From an uncultured Pseudomonadota bacterium (GTDB lineage Bacteria > Pseudomonadota > Alphaproteobacteria > RF32 > CAG-239): a stretch of 64,000 nucleotides of DNA. Positions 45,956 through 57,163 of this stretch are shown here, piece by piece (the stretch's first letter is position 1; each line of letters begins with the position of its first letter). A model generated the notes under the pieces. The model had not been told where the DNA came from. It worked only from the letters and a program-made list of their open reading frames with translations, and did no database searches. The DNA is taken from the NCBI GenBank assembly GCA_902763905.1, contig CACWUA010000005.1, forward strand, positions 7,373-71,372. Reading direction: 5' to 3'. The position numbers and the translations under genes are program-made.

Positions 45956-48142
45956 GTGAAAGAATTTGTAAGATTTTGCTTGAAATTCATTCTGCGATTG
46001 ATGAAAACAAAGTGTATCTTTAACTTTGATATTGAAAAATTACCTAAAAAAGGTGTTTATGTCGTAAATCACGTTTCTTATTTGGATCCGATTATGTTGT
46101 TTGCGTTTCTTCCCGGAGATCCGGTTTTTGCACTCAACGGACACTTATATCGCCGTCATTGGATAAGCTTTTTTATGAGTAAGGCCGATGTTATTCCGTT
46201 TAATCCGATTGAACCGGGAGATATCAAAAAACTTATTGCAAAAGTTGATGAAGGAAGATTAGTAGTAATTTTTGCCGAGGGACGAATAACCGAAGATGGC
46301 GGTTTGATGAAAATTTACGAAGCTCCGGGGCTGGTGGCGGACAAGTCTAAAGCACCGCTGATTCCGGTTTGGATTGATGGTCCGCAGTATGGCTATTTTT
46401 CTAAAACTAAAGGGCATCTACCGCATCGCCCGCTGCCTAAAATGCGCATTTATGTGGGCAAACCACGCAGTTTTAAGCTGAAAGACGAGCTGCGCCGTCA
46501 ACGCGACCATATCAGCAACGAAGTATATATGATTTTGCGAGAGATGTGCTTTGAAATAAACTATAATAAAGATATTTCTTTGTTTGCACAGCTGATGAAA
46601 ACCGCTAAAGTATATTCGCGAACCGGATGGTTTTCCAAGCGCCCACGTATAATTGAAGATATCAACCGCAAGCAAAAATCGTTCAAGGATATTATCGTTG
46701 CTTCCTTTGCTTTGGGCAGAACTTTCAAAAAGTTTACGATTCATGACGAAAATGTCGGAGTCTTGTTACCGAATGCCATCGCCACGGTTTGTACTTTCTT
46801 CGGACTATCGGCATTTGAACGCACTCCGGTTATGATTAATTTTTCTGTCGGTGCCAAAAACATGGTATCTATGTGTCATACCGCGCTTGTAAAAACGGTC
46901 ATCACCTCAAAAGCGTTCATCATTAAAGGCAAATTGGAAGCCGCGGTAGAAGAAATGGAAAAGGCAGGGGTGAAAATTGTTTATTTGGAAGAACTGGCAA
47001 AAAAAATGTCGCTGTGGACTAAAATTAATGCCTTTATCAGCTACAAAGTGAAGCGCATTCCGCATAAAAAAGGCGGCAACAAAAAGGCGGTTATCGTGTT
47101 TACTTCCGGTTCGGAAGGAGCGCCGAAAGCGGTTATTTTAAGCCATGCCAATTTGATTGCCAATGTAAATCAACTGGCTGCGATTCAAACCGTAACATAC
47201 AAAGATTTGTTATTTAATGCCTTGCCGATGTTCCATAGTTTCGGCTTAATGGTTGGTATGTTATTTCCGTTGTTCAACGGTGCCAAATTGTTCCTTTATC
47301 CGTCACCGTTGCACTATCGTGTTGTGGCCGAATTGGTTTATGAACTGGGGGCAACGCTGATGATTGGTACGGACACGTTTTTACGAGGTTATGCCAAAAT
47401 TGCCCATCCTTATGATTTCCATACCGTGCGTTTGATGTATTCCGGCGGAGAAGCGGCTAAGCCTGATACCCGCAGTATGTGGATGGAACATTCCGGTATC
47501 CGCATGATGGAGGCTTACGGCTCAACCGAATGCTCTCCGGTTATGACTGCCAATAACGGTATTTTCAATAAATTCGGTTCCATCGGCAAACTCTTGCCCG
47601 GTATGCAATATCGTATTGAACCGGTTGATGGAATTGAAACCGGCGGTGAGCTTTGTGTCAAAGGTCCGAATGTGATGCTTGGCTATTATATGCCGTCCGA
47701 ACCAGGAGTTTTGGTGCCGCCGCAAAACGGATGGTATCATACCGGCGATGTGGTGGATATAGATGAGATAGGCTTCTTTACCATAAAGGACAGAATTAAA
47801 CGCTTTGCTAAAATCGGCGGAGAAATGGTATCATTGAATGCGGTTCAGGATATGGTTATTGACGCCACCAAAGAAATGTTGGGCGAAGACAATTACGGCG
47901 TGGTAGCCATTCCTCATGAAAGCAAAGGCGAACAGATTGTGCTGGTAACTAACAATAAATCGGTTACATCGGCTATGCTGCATGACTATGTCAAAGCAAA
48001 CGGAATGTCCGAACTATATCTGCCACGAGTGATTTTATATCACGAAAAATTACCGGTATTTGCTACCGGAAAATCGGATAACGTAACGCTCAAAAAAGAG
48101 GTGATGGAAGAGCTTTGTTCTCCGATGGCAAACGCCGCATAA
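45956..48142 (+). CDS. aas: bifunctional acyltransferase / acyl-ACP synthetase (Aas-like)
   Basis: GTG start with AAGGAA RBS. N-terminal HxxxxD acyltransferase motif (NHVSYLD). C-terminal AMP-binding motifs FTSGSEGAPKAV and YHTGD. Confidence 0.8.
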   Translation: MKEFVRFCLKFILRLMKTKCIFNFDIEKLPKKGVYVVNHVSYLDPIMLFAFLPGDPVFALNGHLYRRHWISFFMSKADVIPFNPIEPGDIKKLIAKVDEGRLVVIFAEGRITEDGGLMKIYEAPGLVADKSKAPLIPVWIDGPQYGYFSKTKGHLPHRPLPKMRIYVGKPRSFKLKDELRRQRDHISNEVYMILREMCFEINYNKDISLFAQLMKTAKVYSRTGWFSKRPRIIEDINRKQKSFKDIIVASFALGRTFKKFTIHDENVGVLLPNAIATVCTFFGLSAFERTPVMINFSVGAKNMVSMCHTALVKTVITSKAFIIKGKLEAAVEEMEKAGVKIVYLEELAKKMSLWTKINAFISYKVKRIPHKKGGNKKAVIVFTSGSEGAPKAVILSHANLIANVNQLAAIQTVTYKDLLFNALPMFHSFGLMVGMLFPLFNGAKLFLYPSPLHYRVVAELVYELGATLMIGTDTFLRGYAKIAHPYDFHTVRLMYSGGEAAKPDTRSMWMEHSGIRMMEAYGSTECSPVMTANNGIFNKFGSIGKLLPGMQYRIEPVDGIETGGELCVKGPNVMLGYYMPSEPGVLVPPQNGWYHTGDVVDIDEIGFFTIKDRIKRFAKIGGEMVSLNAVQDMVIDATKEMLGEDNYGVVAIPHESKGEQIVLVTNNKSVTSAMLHDYVKANGMSELYLPRVILYHEKLPVFATGKSDNVTLKKEVMEELCSPMANAA

Positions 48143-48230
48143 AAAATGTGGAGCATACTTTTTTGATGTTGCACTTTTATAAAAATAAAGTATGTTAAAA
48201 AAAGTTTTGATAATTAAAGGATAAATAACA

Positions 48231-48707
48231 ATGGCTATGAGCATAAATAAAGTGATTTTGGTTGGCAATTTGGGCGCTGACCCAACTGTTAGTACTATGA
48301 CTTCTGGTGATAAAGTGGTTAATCTGCGGATAGCAACCTCCGATTCGTGGAACGATAAGACGACCGGTGAACGCAAAGAACGTACCGAGTGGCATCGTGT
48401 GGTAATATTCAATAAACAGCTGGCAGACACGGCAGAAAGATATCTGCGCAAAGGTTCTAAAGTGTATTTGGAGGGCCAGTTACAAACCAGAACTTGGAAA
48501 GATAATAACGGACAAGACAGATACACTACAGAAGTTGTTTTGCAGCGCTTTGGCGGCACCATGATTATGCTTGACGGCCGCAGCAGCGGAGAGGGAATGC
48601 CGGCAGGTGATGCCGGAGATGTATTTGCCGCTCCGGCCGGTAATTCCGGTTGGGACAACAGCGCAGCGACAACTCCGTCAGATTTGGATGATGACATTCC
48701 GTTCTAA
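48231..48707 (+). CDS. ssb: single-stranded DNA-binding protein
   Basis: [16 protein letters not shown] fold, a Gly/Pro-rich linker and an acidic tip DDDIPF. Confidence 0.95.
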   Translation: MAMSINKVILVGNLGADPTVSTMTSGDKVVNLRIATSDSWNDKTTGERKERTEWHRVVIFNKQLADTAERYLRKGSKVYLEGQLQTRTWKDNNGQDRYTTEVVLQRFGGTMIMLDGRSSGEGMPAGDAGDVFAAPAGNSGWDNSAATTPSDLDDDIPF

Positions 48708-48733
48708 AAATACACAACATATTGCTTTTTATA

Positions 48734-48766
48734 AAAACTTCGGTTACACTGACCGAAGTTTTTTTG
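48734..48766 (+). terminator. rho-independent terminator after ssb
   Basis: Stem AAAACTTCGG/CCGAAGTTTT followed by T-run. Confidence 0.75.
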
Positions 48767-48779
48767 TAAGGATAAGTGA

Positions 48780-49859
48780 ATGAGAATTTTAATAGGAATG
48801 AGCGGCGGAGTGGATTCTTCTACCGTAGCTTGTATGCTAAAAGAACAAGGACACGAAGTTATCGGTGCCACTATGTCAATATGGGATAAAAATACTAAAT
48901 TCAGCGGAGATATTAAAGCTGATTCGTGTTTTTCTCCACATGAGGCAGAAGATGTGGAGACCGCCAAAGCAATCTGTAAACAACTCAATATACCTTATTA
49001 TGTAGTTGACTGCTCGGCACGATATAAACAGATGGTTCTGGATAACTTCAAAAGTGAGTATAAAGCAGGTCGTACTCCTAATCCGTGTGTGATGTGCAAT
49101 TCATACATTAAATTTAACGCTCTGCCGGAAGAGGCCCGCGCTCAAGGAATAGAATTCGATAAGTTTGCCACCGGACATTATGCACAAATTCGCCATAATA
49201 CGGCAACCGGCCGCTATGAAATTATGCGCGGTGTCGATAATACCAAGGATCAATCATATTTTCTGTATCGCCTGAATCAAGAGCAGCTCTCTCAGGTGAT
49301 TATGCCGCTCGGAGCCTATACCAAAGCAGAAGTTCGTAAAATTGCTGCCGGATATGGTTTGGCAGTTTCTGATAAACCTGATAGTCAGGATTTTTATTCG
49401 GGCGATATTAATGATATTTTGCAAAATGAACCACAAATCGGGAATTTTGTTACTACTGACGGGCGAGTTTTGGGACAACATAAAGGAATATGGAATTATA
49501 CTGTAGGACAGCGCCGCGGTATGGGAATTGCTGCCGAACGCCCGCTATATGTTTTGGGCTTCAATAAGGATAAAAATGAGGTTGTCGTGGGGTTTGAGGA
49601 AGAGTGTGAACGCTCCGGTCTGATTGCCGGAGAATGGTGTTGGTCGGCAATCGATGGTTTGGATAAGGCGTTAGAATGCGAGGCAAAAATTCGCTCATCA
49701 CAGCAACCTGCGTCAGTCCGAGTGGTTCCATTGCCTGAGGGCAAGATGGAGGTCAAATTCTTTAATAGGCAGAAAGCAATTGCAGCCGGCCAATCGGTTG
49801 TCTTATATCAAAACAATATTGTTCTCGGGGGCGGGATTATCGAAAGTTCTGTTGATTAA
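48780..49859 (+). CDS. mnmA: tRNA-specific 2-thiouridylase MnmA
   Basis: PP-loop GMSGGVDSS, catalytic NPCVMCN, and ATGHYA. Confidence 0.9.
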   Translation: MRILIGMSGGVDSSTVACMLKEQGHEVIGATMSIWDKNTKFSGDIKADSCFSPHEAEDVETAKAICKQLNIPYYVVDCSARYKQMVLDNFKSEYKAGRTPNPCVMCNSYIKFNALPEEARAQGIEFDKFATGHYAQIRHNTATGRYEIMRGVDNTKDQSYFLYRLNQEQLSQVIMPLGAYTKAEVRKIAAGYGLAVSDKPDSQDFYSGDINDILQNEPQIGNFVTTDGRVLGQHKGIWNYTVGQRRGMGIAAERPLYVLGFNKDKNEVVVGFEEECERSGLIAGEWCWSAIDGLDKALECEAKIRSSQQPASVRVVPLPEGKMEVKFFNRQKAIAAGQSVVLYQNNIVLGGGIIESSVD

Positions 49860-50151
49860 GGAATTTGTTTAATATATTCGGATAAGTCAAAATTGCAAAC
49901 TTTGGTCGCAAAATCAGCATTTTATATTTTCTATTAGCACAATGGAATCGGTATAGCGCTTATAAACATAATAAAGTCGTTGCCCTTTGATAATAAGAAA
50001 AGATTTTTTTCCGATATGTATTTTTATGCCATGACGGATGAATTCAAGTCCCATAAGAAGGCATTGCAGTACAAACATAAGTATTCTCCCTTGCAATCTA
50101 TTAATATTAAATTATTTAAAAGTCAATTAAAAATAGAAAAATAAATATACT

Positions 50152-50183
50152 GTAAAAGAAACCTCTGCCAATTGACAGAGGTT
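50152..50183 (-). terminator. rho-independent terminator after groEL
   Basis: Stem AACCTCTG/CAGAGGTT, followed on the minus strand by TCTTTT. Confidence 0.6.
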
Positions 50184-50237
50184 TTAGTATATAGCGCTCT
50201 GAGCTTATGGTAGCCGAGCAGATTATAAAAGATAAGC

Positions 50238-51890
<1,653 letters not shown>

Positions 51891-51897
51891 TCAACAA

Positions 51898-52185
51898 TTA
51901 TTCAACTACTGCTAAAATATCGGATTCTTTAATAATCAAACGGGTTTCACCACCCAGTTTAATTTCGGTGCCGCCCCATTTTGCGAACAACACACGATCA
52001 CCTACTTTAACACTCATCGGTAATATTTTACCGTCTTCGGTTCTGAACCCGTTACCGACTGCTTCGACAATACCTTCAGACGGTTTTTCCTTTGCCGTAT
52101 CCGGAATAATGATTCCGCCGGCGGTTTTGGTTTCTTCATCTACACGCTTAACCAACACTTTATCGTGTAAAGGTTTAATATTCAT
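51898..52185 (-). CDS. groS: co-chaperonin GroES
   Basis: AGGAG precedes ATG 52185. [14 protein letters not shown]...AKWGGTEIK. Confidence 0.95.
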   Translation of the reverse strand: MNIKPLHDKVLVKRVDEETKTAGGIIIPDTAKEKPSEGIVEAVGNGFRTEDGKILPMSVKVGDRVLFAKWGGTEIKLGGETRLIIKESDILAVVE

Positions 52186-52228
52186 AACAATCACTCCTAA
52201 AATAAAAGTTTTAAGTTAACTGATACTT

Positions 52229-52257
52229 TAGTTAGTGTTGCAAATTTGCAAAGTCAA
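52229..52257 (-). promoter_or_regulatory. candidate groESL promoter with a 14-bp perfect palindrome filling the spacer
   Basis: On the minus strand this reads TTGACT, a 17-nt spacer, then TAACTA. The spacer contains TTGCAAATTTGCAA (52238-52251). No CIRCE element is present. Confidence 0.35.
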
Positions 52258-52310
52258 TAAGGAACAGGAAAATTTTTAAGAAAAAGTTTTTCGATAAATC
52301 TCGTTCAATA

Positions 52311-53018
52311 TTAAAACAGCAGCAAACACAAAATTAAGGTCGCATACACAATCGACGGACCAAACGGACCGGCGCGCATACGATTAATCAAGCAGAAAAA
52401 TCCGAAGATAACGCATGAAAACAGTATGATGTAGGCAATAATTTCCATACCTACCCATGCACCGATGGAGCACAGTAACTTAATATCTCCGCCGCCAAAC
52501 GCATCAGGGTATTTCCACACAATAAACATACTGGCGATAACCGGCATTACATATCCCATAATTGCCCCCAATACACTGTTTTGAGTATAGCTTAAAAAGT
52601 TGATATCAACCGTTGCCAACCACGGACCTTTTTGCGCGGCAAAAGCGAATCCCAAAACCAAAAGCGGTAAAGTTAAAATGTCCGGCAGTAGCTCAAAACG
52701 CTTATCTATTTCCACAAGCAACAGCAAAATCCATAAAAACGTTATGTACCACCATTCATAACCGGTTCCGAAATCGGTGGCAAATAAATAAGTCGCAGCA
52801 GCGGTAAATATGCCCCAACCGACACTGCGCATAACATAACGCCGAAACAGACTCATATACTTCGGATTATTTTCAAGTTTGCTGTATCCGACAGAATGCG
52901 ACGGCACAAACAACTTGAGCAAAATATAACCCATTGTTGCCGGCATAAGTTTGCCGATTCGCCGTGCCAAATAAGGAATCGCTAAACCGAATAAAAATCC
53001 GCAAAAAATGTACAGCAT
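52311..53018 (-). CDS. prepilin peptidase (A24 family)-like membrane protein
   Basis: Polytopic, with the conserved FGGGDIKLL aspartyl-protease motif. No N-terminal methyltransferase Cys cluster. Confidence 0.7.
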   Translation of the reverse strand: MLYIFCGFLFGLAIPYLARRIGKLMPATMGYILLKLFVPSHSVGYSKLENNPKYMSLFRRYVMRSVGWGIFTAAATYLFATDFGTGYEWWYITFLWILLLLVEIDKRFELLPDILTLPLLVLGFAFAAQKGPWLATVDINFLSYTQNSVLGAIMGYVMPVIASMFIVWKYPDAFGGGDIKLLCSIGAWVGMEIIAYIILFSCVIFGFFCLINRMRAGPFGPSIVYATLILCLLLF

Positions 53019-53176
53019 GATATTTTCTCCTAGCTTTATGGTTTGGAATTTAATCTATAAGTAATAATATTTTATTAAAAAACACTTGCATATCAAACAT
53101 TTTTGTTGTACAAGGCATTTACTTTCGGCACCCCTGGAGGCTGAAAGCGTGTTGATTTATAAAAAGGAAAAATAAA

Positions 53177-53467
53177 ATGACAGAATATACTTTTAATGCT
53201 AAGAAGCGTGAAAAAGCAGGTAAGGGGGCAGCTCGTGCTTGTCGTCGTGAGGGCCGTATTCCTGCAGTGATTTACGGTGGTAAAAAAGACGTGGTATTAA
53301 TCAGCCTTGATCCGGTAGAAGTTGCAAAAGCTTTGGATTTGGCAGATTTATATCAATCTGAAATTATCGTTGACATTGACGGCAAAAAAACCAAGGTTGT
53401 TTGTCAGGATGTCCAATTTCATCCGGTTTCTGATCAACCGATTCACGTTGATTTTATGCGTAAATAA
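53177..53467 (+). CDS. rplY: 50S ribosomal protein L25 (short form)
   Basis: 96 aa with REGRIPAVIYGG motif. Followed by pth, as in many bacteria. Confidence 0.85.
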   Translation: MTEYTFNAKKREKAGKGAARACRREGRIPAVIYGGKKDVVLISLDPVEVAKALDLADLYQSEIIVDIDGKKTKVVCQDVQFHPVSDQPIHVDFMRK

Positions 53468-53476
53468 GAGGCGAAT

Positions 53477-54055
53477 ATGTTTTTGGTGGTTGGTCTCGGC
53501 AATCCGGGAGCGGAATACGCGGCTACCCGCCATAACGTCGGATTTATGGCGGCAGATGAGATTCATCGCCGCTATAATTTTTCGCCTTTTCGCTCCAAAT
53601 TCAACGGCTTGATTGCCGAGGGTAATATTGAGGGTGAAAAAGTATATCTCTTAAAACCGCAGACTTACATGAATCTTTCCGGCAACAGTGTGGTGCAGGT
53701 TGCAAATTTTTATAAAATTCTGCCGCAGAATATAGTGGTTATTCATGACGATATGGATTTGCCGACAAATAAAATAAAAGCCAAACTCGGTGGAGGTTCC
53801 GGTGGACATAACGGAATCAAAAGCATCGATTCGTGTATTACGCCGAATTATAATCGGATTCGTCTCGGTGTCGGACATCCTGTCGGTAAAAACGAAGAAA
53901 ACATAGTCAATCATGTGCTTTCCGCTTTTTCTAAGATGGATAAAGAAAATGTTGAAAACAATATTAAATTGACGGTTGATTTATTACCGATATTGCTGCA
54001 AAAGGGAGTTGCTGAGTTCTCCAATCAGCTTGGTATGAGGTTGGCAAAAAGGTAA
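53477..54055 (+). CDS. pth: peptidyl-tRNA hydrolase
   Basis: VVGLGNPGAEYAATRHNVGF, YMNLSGNSV and GGHNGIKS motifs. Confidence 0.93.
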   Translation: MFLVVGLGNPGAEYAATRHNVGFMAADEIHRRYNFSPFRSKFNGLIAEGNIEGEKVYLLKPQTYMNLSGNSVVQVANFYKILPQNIVVIHDDMDLPTNKIKAKLGGGSGGHNGIKSIDSCITPNYNRIRLGVGHPVGKNEENIVNHVLSAFSKMDKENVENNIKLTVDLLPILLQKGVAEFSNQLGMRLAKR

Positions 54056-54056
54056 A

Positions 54057-54656
54057 TTATCGCAAAATTTTTAAGCGTTCTTCAATCGGCAAAAAAGTTT
54101 TCTCTGAAGGCTCGGTGGCAATGCTTCCAAATGGCATTTGTGCCACAAGTTCCCAAGTTTTCGGTAGGTTAAACAGTTTATTGACGGTTTTATCAATCAA
54201 TTCGTTATAATGTTGCAACGATGCTCCCACTTCATTATCGGAAAGTGCCTGCCATATCATATATTGCAGTATTCCATTGGCTTGTTCAGTCCAGACGCGC
54301 ATGTTCTTGGCATATTGAGGAAATTGTTTTTTCAAGCGCATCAATGAATTACGATCTTCAAAAAACAGAATTGTTCCGTAAGCACGCATAAAGGCATCGA
54401 TTTTCTTCTTTACGCCGGCTGCCTGTTTATCGGTTATTAAGTTAAATAATTCTTCCCATATTTTATTCCAGATTTGTAAATGTTTTTTACCAAATAGCAC
54501 CACCACCCGTGCCGATTGAATGTTAAACGGTGTCGGGCAATTTAATATACACGATTCGATTGTTTCAATAAAACAATTTTCTGAAATAGGCAATACTCCG
54601 CTTAAGTCATAAACGGAACGCCGGCGATTTAAACTGTCTTGTTCGATGCAACGCAT
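54057..54656 (-). CDS. nitroreductase-family oxidoreductase
   Basis: RRSVYDLS...PTPFNIQSARVVVL N-terminal signature of the nitroreductase fold. About 200 aa. Confidence 0.65.
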   Translation of the reverse strand: MRCIEQDSLNRRRSVYDLSGVLPISENCFIETIESCILNCPTPFNIQSARVVVLFGKKHLQIWNKIWEELFNLITDKQAAGVKKKIDAFMRAYGTILFFEDRNSLMRLKKQFPQYAKNMRVWTEQANGILQYMIWQALSDNEVGASLQHYNELIDKTVNKLFNLPKTWELVAQMPFGSIATEPSEKTFLPIEERLKILR

Positions 54657-54708
54657 AACTTTTCTCCGTATGTTTAATAAAATAGTGATGCGTCATCGAT
54701 TTTCAAGC

Positions 54709-56046
54709 TCAGTCGATATAATTATGAACCTTATCCAAGCGTCTCTTTGTTTCTGAGACTTTATCTTTGGCCTTAAGCTGCTGATAAACTTCAAGTGCGG
54801 AATTAAAGTAATTGCGCGCTTCTATCATAAAATTATCATCATCGTTCAGCTTGCCCAGCAAATAATATATATTACCGATTTCTTCCTGAATTTCCGACCA
54901 TTCAATCGGATAAATCCGCTGCTCCAATATTTTTTGCTGATTGTGATAACTGTTGATGGCTAATTGCATGATTTCATTACTGGATGTAGTCATTCCCAAA
55001 GAGGTCAAATAATATCCGAGTAAGCCCTGTACCCGACACCAAGACTGTGGAAATTGAGCGTACGAATATACTTTTTCCGCTTCACGCAACTGAGTTACCG
55101 CATCTCGTAAGGCTTGCAAATCCGTGGTGTATTTCCAAAAATCAAAATAAAGCAAAGCCAATCGATAAGCAGTTAAACCGTAATCATACGGATAATTTTT
55201 ATTTAGATATTTGTGAGCTTCCTGATAAAAAGAAATAGCTTCGCGCAAATAAATAGATCCATCAATTTGCGTTTGTCTATAAGCTGTTTCATACAATTGT
55301 GCCAAATTATTGTAAATACAGCCATAATAAATTGGCATCCGCATAAACTGCTTATTTTTAAGTGCTCCTTCAAATAAATTGCTGATAATCTCAATATCAT
55401 TGTCGTTTAAATTTTTTTGCGCCTTACTCAAATAGATTTTTCCGAGCATATTCATAATATACGGCATAAATTCTCGTGAAATCTCCTTAGGAGAGGTATC
55501 GGCTGCCAAAAGTTTAATGATATCGCATAAGATTGCATCGCGATGATTTTTTTGATCATTGGTAACCGGCGGAATTGTCGCTATAATAATGGCGCAAATT
55601 AACAACAAAAGCGATTCGGAAAAAGTTTCCGGTGAGGTGAAAAAATTAAGCGGTACATACAAACTATCCAAGAGCGAATACGACAATCCCTCTCCGATAT
55701 TGTATTGATCCGAAATCTGAAAATTGAGGCGAATTTTGGCATTGTCCTCATATCCCCAAATCAAGATATCCGAATGAGTAGAGTTCAAAATCTGGTTGCC
55801 GCGGTCAATAAAATCAAAAAAATTGCGTCCCTGCAGATTAAGAAATCCTTTAGGAAAAGTCTCTGCGAAAAAGTTTACGTCAAATAAAGGATTTTTTTGC
55901 AATATGTCGGCAAATCTTCGACCGCAATTAAGATTGCATTTATCTTCAAAAGCCACAACGGTAATGCGATACAGAGCTTGTGTCGATTCTTTTTTATCGG
56001 CGAATAAAAAGCGGCGGATATTTTCCATACAACTATTCAACGGCAT
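54709..56046 (-). CDS. TPR-like repeat protein (445 aa), function unknown
   Basis: The C-terminal half shows repeated A..Y...A/L..Y helical hairpin patterns (e.g. ARNYFNSALEVYQQL). Its start overlaps the stop of the upstream membrane gene. Confidence 0.5.
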   Translation of the reverse strand: MPLNSCMENIRRFLFADKKESTQALYRITVVAFEDKCNLNCGRRFADILQKNPLFDVNFFAETFPKGFLNLQGRNFFDFIDRGNQILNSTHSDILIWGYEDNAKIRLNFQISDQYNIGEGLSYSLLDSLYVPLNFFTSPETFSESLLLLICAIIIATIPPVTNDQKNHRDAILCDIIKLLAADTSPKEISREFMPYIMNMLGKIYLSKAQKNLNDNDIEIISNLFEGALKNKQFMRMPIYYGCIYNNLAQLYETAYRQTQIDGSIYLREAISFYQEAHKYLNKNYPYDYGLTAYRLALLYFDFWKYTTDLQALRDAVTQLREAEKVYSYAQFPQSWCRVQGLLGYYLTSLGMTTSSNEIMQLAINSYHNQQKILEQRIYPIEWSEIQEEIGNIYYLLGKLNDDDNFMIEARNYFNSALEVYQQLKAKDKVSETKRRLDKVHNYID

Positions 56047-57137
56047 TATTTTTTGCCTTTCCGTTCGGTGTTAAAAATTTCTTTTACTTCCTGCAAATTC
56101 TGCTTAACATCGCTGACAAATTTGCGATTAATGTCTACCAGTTTTGATGGAGTATTTTCATGTTGTCCGAGAGCACCGTTAAGCCAGAGTACAATCAAAA
56201 ATCCTACAATTATCAAAGAATATGGATTTACCGAAAACAGTTGGAACCAAGATAAAAACAATAATATCACTCCTACTTTGAAAATAGCGGCAGTTAACAC
56301 CTGTAAAGGATATTTTTGGGCAGCAAAAAAATAATTTGTGTTTTCGCTCATCATTCCGAGATGTGTTATTAATAGGCGATTGTACACAGCGGCAGTCATT
56401 TCTTCCCAGAAAATAAGAGTAATGATAATGCATGACGGGAAACAAAATTCACCCAAATTCAGTAACAGCAGATTGCATATCAGATAGCTCAATGCAACAC
56501 AAGCTCCGTCGTCCAAATCGATTTTTACATCGTAATAGTTAATATTTAAATAAGCGGCGCTTATACCTATTAAAACTGCGGCACATACCGCGATATACAG
56601 AGGCATTGCCCCGATTATCGCAAACAAGATTAAACCGCTCAAAATAACAATATTAGGCATAATAAACGTGTGCGGTAAAATATTTAAAATTCGCGTACCT
56701 AAACAAAATACGGAGGCAAAAACAAACACAAGCAGTCGCAGCCAAAGCGGTGTTAACGGAAACGAATTACCAATCCCGATAGGTTGCAAAAAAGCTGTTA
56801 TGGCAACCGCAAACAAAATAACAGCGTAAATAACTTTTTTTGAAAACACCAGCGTGGAAGCATAGATAGCTGCGGCTAAAATCAATGGAACAAAAACTCT
56901 TACTGCTGTCAGCGGTTCAATAAAATCATCTTTATTCACTGTTAAATAAATAACTGTCGCACAAAGCGCATAAATTGCAAATATGTATGGAAAAGCCAAG
57001 GAAGATACCTTGAGTTCGAGTGTTTGCATATATTTGTTTACCGCCGGTTTATATATAAAATACATGGAAATAAAACCGAACAATGCAAAAGTTATAATAT
57101 ATAAAAACGTATACAATAACATATAATTCTCTCCCAT
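56046..57137 (-). CDS. polytopic membrane protein (363 aa, about 10 TM), function unknown
   Basis: Continuous hydrophobic helices and a charged C-terminal tail. No motif recognised. Confidence 0.5.
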   Translation of the reverse strand: MGENYMLLYTFLYIITFALFGFISMYFIYKPAVNKYMQTLELKVSSLAFPYIFAIYALCATVIYLTVNKDDFIEPLTAVRVFVPLILAAAIYASTLVFSKKVIYAVILFAVAITAFLQPIGIGNSFPLTPLWLRLLVFVFASVFCLGTRILNILPHTFIMPNIVILSGLILFAIIGAMPLYIAVCAAVLIGISAAYLNINYYDVKIDLDDGACVALSYLICNLLLLNLGEFCFPSCIIITLIFWEEMTAAVYNRLLITHLGMMSENTNYFFAAQKYPLQVLTAAIFKVGVILLFLSWFQLFSVNPYSLIIVGFLIVLWLNGALGQHENTPSKLVDINRKFVSDVKQNLQEVKEIFNTERKGKK

Positions 57138-57163
57138 TTGCTGTATAATATAAAAGCAAATTA

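Noticed and set aside
49860-50237. 380-nt spacer between mnmA and groEL with a 60-aa minus ORF (49914..50096); considered for a small RNA or mobile remnant
   Set aside because: No convincing secondary structure, repeat or motif was seen apart from the groEL terminator. The ORF lacks an RBS and any recognisable feature.
52195-52310. Search for a CIRCE/HrcA operator or RpoH promoter upstream of groES
   Set aside because: No TTAGCACTC-N9-GAGTGCTAA or CTTGAA...CCCCAT match was found. Only the unrelated 14-bp palindrome, reported separately, is present.
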